This document shows positions 26,861-32,000 of a stretch of 32,000 nt of DNA, one piece after another. The notes beneath the pieces are model-generated. The model had not been told where the DNA came from. It ran no database searches and saw only the letters and a list, made by a program, of their open reading frames with translations. Each line of letters starts with the position of its first letter. Within the stretch, counting starts at the first letter, position 1. A program made the position numbers and the translations under genes. The stretch is from positions 510,001-542,000 of the forward strand of contig NC_004460.2 of NCBI RefSeq assembly GCF_000039765.1, given 5' to 3'. The stretch comes from Vibrio vulnificus CMCP6 (lineage in GTDB: Bacteria; Pseudomonadota; Gammaproteobacteria; Enterobacterales; Vibrionaceae).

Positions 26861-29029
26861 ATGACTGCCACGTTATCAGCCAATGAGCATATCGACACCA
26901 TAGGGCAAGTGCGACCAGAAGAAACCACACGTAATAACTGGGGAATCGAGGCCGTGGTTTACGCTGGCCAACAGTTCCATAAGAAATCGTCCAGCTCACA
27001 GCTTAAGCACGCATTAGGCGTAAGTCATGCTCACCTGAGTGACATGGAGATGAGAGAAGCGGCGGACTATCTGGGCCTTAAAAGCCAAGTAACCACGCTG
27101 CATACTCAAGCGCTCGACACTTTGCCGCTCCCTGCCCTTATCGAGAATAACCATGGCTGGCAAGTGATAACCCAAGTCAGTGATGGGCATTGGACATTTT
27201 ATGATCCCTCGACGCAACAGCTGCAAACACAGCCTGTATCGCCAAACCCATCTCAGCGAAAGCACAAAGTGATGCTGCTCGCCGATGAGCAGCTCAGCAG
27301 CAAAGAGGTCAAATTTGGTCTGAGCTGGTTTGCGCCTTCGATTCTGCGACAAAAGAGCCAATTGCGTGATGTGTTTCTTTACGCTATCGCGTTACAGGTG
27401 TTTGCTCTCGTTAGCCCAATGTTGTTTGAAAATGTCATCGATAAGGTACTGGTTGGGCGCAGTTTATCCAGCTTGCACGTACTGGCGCTGGCCATGTTGG
27501 CATTGGCCATTGCCGAGCCAGCATACAGCTACTTACGAAACACGGTGTTTGGCCACCTTGCCAGCCAAGTGAATGCCGAGCTTTCAGGTCGGCTTTATCG
27601 CCACTTAGTCGGTTTGCCATTAACCTATTTTAAGCAGCGTCAAACCGGCCAAATCATTGCTCGAGTGCGTGAAATGGCACAAATTCGTCAATTTTTGACG
27701 GGGTCGACACTGATGCTGCTGCTTGATCTGATTTTTGTCACCGTCTTCCTTGCCGTGATGTTTCATTACGCCAGCACGCTCACCTGGTTGGTGATTGGCT
27801 CCTTGGTGATTTACTTTGTACTGTGGCTCATTGCAGGGCCGCTGATCCGCAAAAAAGTGGAATCGGAGTACGAGTCCGACGCTAGCGCAACCACGTTTTT
27901 GACCGAGGCCGTGACTGGCATTGAAACCATCAAAACCACTGCCACAGAGCATCGCTTTCTCGAACAGTGGCAACGTATTCTTAGCCAACAATTAAACCGA
28001 AGCTTTGACGCGCAAAAATCGGGGCTGGTTGCAGGGCAAGCTATCGCTTTGGTGCAGAAGCTCACCGCCGCGCTACTGCTTTGGTGGGGCGTGAGCGCGG
28101 TGCTTAAAGGGGAAATCACGCCCGGCCAATTAGTCGCATTCAACATGCTTGCTGGCCATGTGACGCAACCTGTCTTACGTCTGGCACAAATTTGGCAAGA
28201 TTTTCAGCACACACTCATCGCTTTAAGACGCGTGGGCGATATTCTCGATGAACCAAGAGAGAACAGTAAACAAGGTTTAGCCTCGGTACCCGAGCTCGAA
28301 GGTGGCATTGAGTTTAGTAACATTCGTTTTCGCTATCACGAGGATGCACCAGAAGTGTTGGCCAATTTGTCCCTCAAGATTCAGCCAGGGCAATTTATCG
28401 GCGTTACTGGGCCTTCAGGCTCAGGGAAAAGCACGCTCACTCGTTTGCTACAGCGCTTATATGTTCCTCAGCATGGGCAAGTATTGGTCGATGGAATGGA
28501 TCTCGCGATTGCCGATCCCGTTTCTCTGCGTCGCAACATGAGCGTGGTATTGCAAGAGAGTATCCTCTTTTCCGGCAGTGTGGCGGACAACATTCGTTTA
28601 TGTAAACCGCAAGCCAGCGACGAAGAGATTCGCCACGCAGCGCACTTAGCAGGCGCATTAGAATTTATTGAAGGGCTTCCTCACGGTTTTAACCAGCCAG
28701 TGGGTGAAAAGGGCGCGGCACTATCTGGTGGTCAAAGACAACGTATTGCTTTGGCAAGAGCCCTACTGGTGGACCCTAGAATCTTGTTGCTCGATGAAGC
28801 AACCTCCGCACTTGACTACAATTCTGAAGCGGCAATCATGAGCAATATGGATGAAATTTGCCGTGGCCGCACGGTGATCAGTATTGCGCATCGACTCAAC
28901 ACCATTCGTCATGCCGATAACATTTTTGTGCTCGATAAAGGCCAAGTTGCCGAAAGCGGCACACACGATGAGTTAGTTGCCCAACAAGGTTTATACGCTA
29001 AGCTTTGGAAGCAGCAAGTGGGCGGATAG
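26861..29029 (+). CDS. rtxE: Second type I secretion ABC transporter (permease/ATPase) for MARTX
   Basis: 722 aa. C39-like N-terminal region, transmembrane domain, Walker A GVTGPSGSGKSTLTRLLQRLY, signature ALSGGQRQRIALARALL, Walker B ILLLDEATSALDYNS. Confidence 0.95.
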   Translation: MTATLSANEHIDTIGQVRPEETTRNNWGIEAVVYAGQQFHKKSSSSQLKHALGVSHAHLSDMEMREAADYLGLKSQVTTLHTQALDTLPLPALIENNHGWQVITQVSDGHWTFYDPSTQQLQTQPVSPNPSQRKHKVMLLADEQLSSKEVKFGLSWFAPSILRQKSQLRDVFLYAIALQVFALVSPMLFENVIDKVLVGRSLSSLHVLALAMLALAIAEPAYSYLRNTVFGHLASQVNAELSGRLYRHLVGLPLTYFKQRQTGQIIARVREMAQIRQFLTGSTLMLLLDLIFVTVFLAVMFHYASTLTWLVIGSLVIYFVLWLIAGPLIRKKVESEYESDASATTFLTEAVTGIETIKTTATEHRFLEQWQRILSQQLNRSFDAQKSGLVAGQAIALVQKLTAALLLWWGVSAVLKGEITPGQLVAFNMLAGHVTQPVLRLAQIWQDFQHTLIALRRVGDILDEPRENSKQGLASVPELEGGIEFSNIRFRYHEDAPEVLANLSLKIQPGQFIGVTGPSGSGKSTLTRLLQRLYVPQHGQVLVDGMDLAIADPVSLRRNMSVVLQESILFSGSVADNIRLCKPQASDEEIRHAAHLAGALEFIEGLPHGFNQPVGEKGAALSGGQRQRIALARALLVDPRILLLDEATSALDYNSEAAIMSNMDEICRGRTVISIAHRLNTIRHADNIFVLDKGQVAESGTHDELVAQQGLYAKLWKQQVGG

Positions 29030-29067
29030 TCCTTTGATACCGTACATTAGGCACTGATAACAAATCC

Positions 29068-29102
29068 GAGAGTGGAAACGCTAGAAGCGCGTTTTCACTC
29101 TC
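29068..29102. terminator. Long inverted repeat between convergent rtxE and a solute-binding gene; possible transcription stop
   Basis: gagagtggaaacgc-tagaagc-gcgttttcactctc, ~14-bp near-perfect stem. No clear T-run on either side, so intrinsic termination is uncertain. Confidence 0.4.
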
Positions 29103-29109
29103 AACGGTA

Positions 29110-29859
29110 CTATTTATACTCACCACGTGTTGATGCTTCGCGATACGCGTCCAGGCGCCCTTCACTTATCAACTTATTTAGACCTCGGTTGAACGCCTCT
29201 TTTAACTCTTTTGCCTTCGGCGAGTTTTTCGAAAATAACACCACATACTCTCGGGCTGCCAGCGCCTTGCTGTTGGGCTCCAGTTTATCTGTAAGCTTTA
29301 AGTTATTGAGAAATTCCATGCCCACATCCATATCCTCAAGGACGATATCCAATCGGCCAGCGCTGAGCTTTTTATAGTTATTGTCTGCGTCAGAGATTCT
29401 CTGTACGGTGATTTTGCCTTGCTCTTCTAAATCTTCTATCCCATACGCATATCCCGTCACCCCACCGATGCGGTATTTGCCCAGTTCTTCGCGGCTGTTC
29501 CACATAATGGGTTTACTTTTTTGTTGAAACAGCGCAGTGCTCAGCGTAATAACGGTATCTGAAAAGTAGAAATCTTGCGCTCTTTCATCACTCCTTCCCC
29601 AAATGAACGTTGCATCAAAGTTACCTGCTTTGGTTTCCTCATACCCTCTCTTCCAAGGGAGATACTCAAACTCAACTTGGTAACCTTCGCTTTCGAACAC
29701 CTCTTTAATAAACTGGGTCATAAAACCGCCCTCTTTGAGCGATTTTGACATGTAAGGAGCCCATTCTCCGTTTGCGAGTCTGACTGTGTCGGCGTGTGCC
29801 ATTCCCACCAATAGAACGCTCAACCAAAGAGCCGATAAAAATTCCCTTAATAAGCGCAT
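29110..29859 (-). CDS. Periplasmic amino-acid/solute-binding-like protein (SBP_bac_3 type)
   Basis: 249 aa with signal peptide (…SVLLVGMAHAD), NGEWAPYMSKSLKEGGFMTQFIKEVFESEGYQVEFEYLPWKRGYEETKAGNFDATF, KLKLNNKL-type C-terminal lobe. Confidence 0.85.
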   Translation of the reverse strand: MRLLREFLSALWLSVLLVGMAHADTVRLANGEWAPYMSKSLKEGGFMTQFIKEVFESEGYQVEFEYLPWKRGYEETKAGNFDATFIWGRSDERAQDFYFSDTVITLSTALFQQKSKPIMWNSREELGKYRIGGVTGYAYGIEDLEEQGKITVQRISDADNNYKKLSAGRLDIVLEDMDVGMEFLNNLKLTDKLEPNSKALAAREYVVLFSKNSPKAKELKEAFNRGLNKLISEGRLDAYREASTRGEYK

Positions 29860-30216
29860 CGTTTGCTCCCTCTATGTGTTGTTGGAATATCTCAAAGTAT
29901 AGTCACTTCCCCCAAAAATGAAGCCGACTCGTCCATTTCATATTTAGCTCATTGCTATAGCTTTGTTTCTTAAATGAATAAATCACTACTCTCAATCTTA
30001 GGCTCCTCACCTTTCGACATCTCATCCCTTTGTTCATGGTGTGCTAAGTTGGGCCGAAAAGAGGATAATCCTGTTTAATGCAGCACAATTTACTATTAAG
30101 AAACAAAGCCCATTACTATTTCGGGTTTTGCCATCAAACATAGGAGAGAAGCCCGTAATGGCATCTTCAAAGAAGGCGACTAAACTTAGAACATTAGAAT
30201 CCACTCATGATTGATT

Positions 30217-30990
30217 ATGCGTTATATACTCTTACTGTTTTTAATGGCCTTACCCTGCCACTTGCTGGCTGACCAAAATAACAAAGTGGTGAAGTTTGCT
30301 ATTGGTGATTGGGAGCCTTACACCAGCTCTATTCCCCAACAAGAATTAAAGATATCTGAGACATTGGTTCGAAGAGCATTCGAGCTCCGCGGATACACCA
30401 TTGAATTGGAGTATTTTCCTTGGGTTCGATCATATCAATATGCTATCGAAGGCCGATTTGACGCTTCGTTTCCATGGATGAAAAACGAAGAAAGAATAAA
30501 GCATTTCTATTACTCCAACCCTATTTTCAGTCAACGCATACAGTTTTTTTACCACAAAGATAGTGAGTTTAGTTGGCAGCTTCTCACCGACCTTGATGCT
30601 TATCGCTTAGGTGCTACACAGGGATATCAAGCGACTTTTTTTCTACAGAAACACGGTGTTGACATCGAAGTGAACAACGCCGAAGAAGACAATTTTGTGA
30701 AAATTGCCAAGGGTAGACTGGATGCCTACGCGACAGGTGTAGAGCGAGGTTGGTACATCCTTGAAAATTATGTCCCAGAAGAGTTGCGAGAATACATAAG
30801 ACTCGATCCCAAACACCTCCTAAAAGAGGAAATGTACGTCATTTTCAGCAAATTTGATGAGCAACGCAGTAAGCAACTGCTCCAGGAATTTAATGCGGGC
30901 CTACAACAACTGATCGATAGTGGCGAGTATGTCGACATTATGAAATCAGAAGCCGCTTTTCTGGATAGAATTCAAAAGTCTGAGCCTTAA
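30217..30990 (+). CDS. Periplasmic amino-acid/solute-binding-like protein (SBP_bac_3 type)
   Basis: Signal peptide MRYILLLFLMALPCHLLAD, then FAIGDWEPYTSSIPQQELKISETLVRRAFELRGYTIELEYFPWVRSYQYAIEGRFDASFPW. Divergent paralogue of the 29110..29859 protein. ATG at 30217 preferred over the TTG at 30211. Confidence 0.85.
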   Translation: MRYILLLFLMALPCHLLADQNNKVVKFAIGDWEPYTSSIPQQELKISETLVRRAFELRGYTIELEYFPWVRSYQYAIEGRFDASFPWMKNEERIKHFYYSNPIFSQRIQFFYHKDSEFSWQLLTDLDAYRLGATQGYQATFFLQKHGVDIEVNNAEEDNFVKIAKGRLDAYATGVERGWYILENYVPEELREYIRLDPKHLLKEEMYVIFSKFDEQRSKQLLQEFNAGLQQLIDSGEYVDIMKSEAAFLDRIQKSEP

Positions 30991-31028
30991 ATCAGCCAAT
31001 CAGCCTTCATCCCCTCCACTATTTTGTT

Positions 31029-31503
31029 GTGTTTAGTCATGACAGCGTCCGTTTTCGCCACCTAGTGCTTAGACATTGTTCTATAGTTACCCACATCAAC
31101 CCCAAAGGCGGGCGTTTCAATGATGGATTGTTTGGCGCATTTTACCTTGCTTCCCGTGAACAAACGGCTGCACTAGAAGTAAAACACCATCAACAGCGAT
31201 ATTGGGCGAATGTCGAAGGGCCCGTCGTCACTCACTCAGCCGCTCCGATTCATAAAGTAACGTGCCAGCGAAACCGAATTCTTGGATCCCCACAGTTATG
31301 TGGCTTCTCAACAGTTAGCCAGAGAACTGAAAAAGAAGCGAGTAGCCGCAGTGGAATACCCTTCCGTTCGAGCCGATGGCACCTGCTGGGCACTGTTCAC
31401 TCCAAAGCCTATCGGCGACATCGTCCAGAGCTATTTATTGGAAATGATCTGGGACGGAGAGAAAATCGCCGAAGTTAACGAAGTGAATCATATCGATATT
31501 TAG
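31029..31503 (+). pseudogene. Frameshifted RES-domain protein remnant
   Basis: First frame (31029..) encodes NPKGGRFNDGLFGAFYLASREQTAALEVKHHQQRYWANVEG. A different frame (to 31503) continues DPHSYVASQQLARELKKKRVAAVEYPSVRADGTCWALFTPKPIGDIVQSYLLEMIWDG. Together these resemble one RES domain split by a frameshift. Confidence 0.7.
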
Positions 31504-31521
31504 CCGTGACGCTCGACTTGG

Positions 31522-32000
31522 CTACATGCGAATTCCGCCATCCACTTCCAGCACTCGTCCTGTAATGTATTCGTTTTCGAAAATGAACTTCACTGTGTGT
31601 GCAATTTCGCTGGCTTCACCCATTCGCCCCACGGGGATCATTTTCTCTAGTCTGGCGATGGCCTCAGGTTTCATCTGATCCGCCATGGCAGTGTGAATCA
31701 CACCGGGCGCGATCGCCGCAGCGCGTATGCCGTAACGTGCAAGCTCTTTGGCCCAAGTGGTAGCCAATGTCGCCACCGCCGCTTTTGATGCCGAATAGTT
31801 GGTTTGACCAATATTGCCCGCGCGGGACACGCTGGAAATGTTGATGATGACCCCTTTGCGTCCAGTTTCAATCATTTTGACTGCCGCTTCACGCCCGCAC
31901 AAAAACGTGCCAGTGAGGTTGACTTTGATCACCGAGTTAAACTGCTCCAGTGACATTTTGCTGATGTTGCCGTCTTGCACTTTGACCAGCATGCCATCGC
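31522..32000 (-). CDS. Short-chain dehydrogenase/3-oxoacyl-ACP reductase-like protein, partial (runs off right edge)
   Basis: VNLTGTFLCGREAAVKMIETGRKGVIINISSVSRAGNIGQTNYSASKAAVATLATTWAKELARYGIRAAAIAPGVIHTAM: SDR Ser-Tyr-Lys catalytic pattern. The reading frame continues upstream to the window end. Confidence 0.9.
   Translation of the reverse strand, partial: DGMLVKVQDGNISKMSLEQFNSVIKVNLTGTFLCGREAAVKMIETGRKGVIINISSVSRAGNIGQTNYSASKAAVATLATTWAKELARYGIRAAAIAPGVIHTAMADQMKPEAIARLEKMIPVGRMGEASEIAHTVKFIFENEYITGRVLEVDGGIRM

Noticed and set aside
1-32000. Mobile elements, tRNA/rRNA genes, prophage or anti-phage defence island
   Set aside because: No transposase, integrase, phage structural, tRNA-like or recognised defence protein was seen. 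The only related signal is the broken RES-domain remnant near the right edge.

Overview
The window looks like a Vibrio chromosomal region, most probably Vibrio vulnificus (an inference from protein content). It is dominated by a MARTX toxin locus. From left to right it contains: a partial etfA and complete etfB on the minus strand, divergent from an ETF-ubiquinone oxidoreductase; a methyl-accepting chemotaxis protein; a secreted alanine/broad-spectrum racemase-like enzyme; a 5206-aa rtxA MARTX toxin on the minus strand, with rtxC and rtxH upstream of it; the divergent rtxB-rtxD-rtxE type I secretion operon; two periplasmic solute-binding-like proteins; a frameshifted RES-domain remnant; and a FabG-like SDR gene running off the right edge. 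From motifs, the MARTX effector order is DUF1 - RID - ABH - MCF - RRSP(DUF5) - CPD, which is the known CMCP6/YJ016-type layout. The system itself is therefore not new. The less explained parts are the DUF1 effector with an FWSG...ELPAL motif layout, a duplicated ~110-aa module interrupting the N-terminal glycine-rich repeats, a jelly-roll/carbohydrate-binding-like segment followed by a coiled-coil-like linker, RtxH, the extracytoplasmic racemase next to a chemoreceptor, and the RES remnant. Domain boundaries inside rtxA are approximate.
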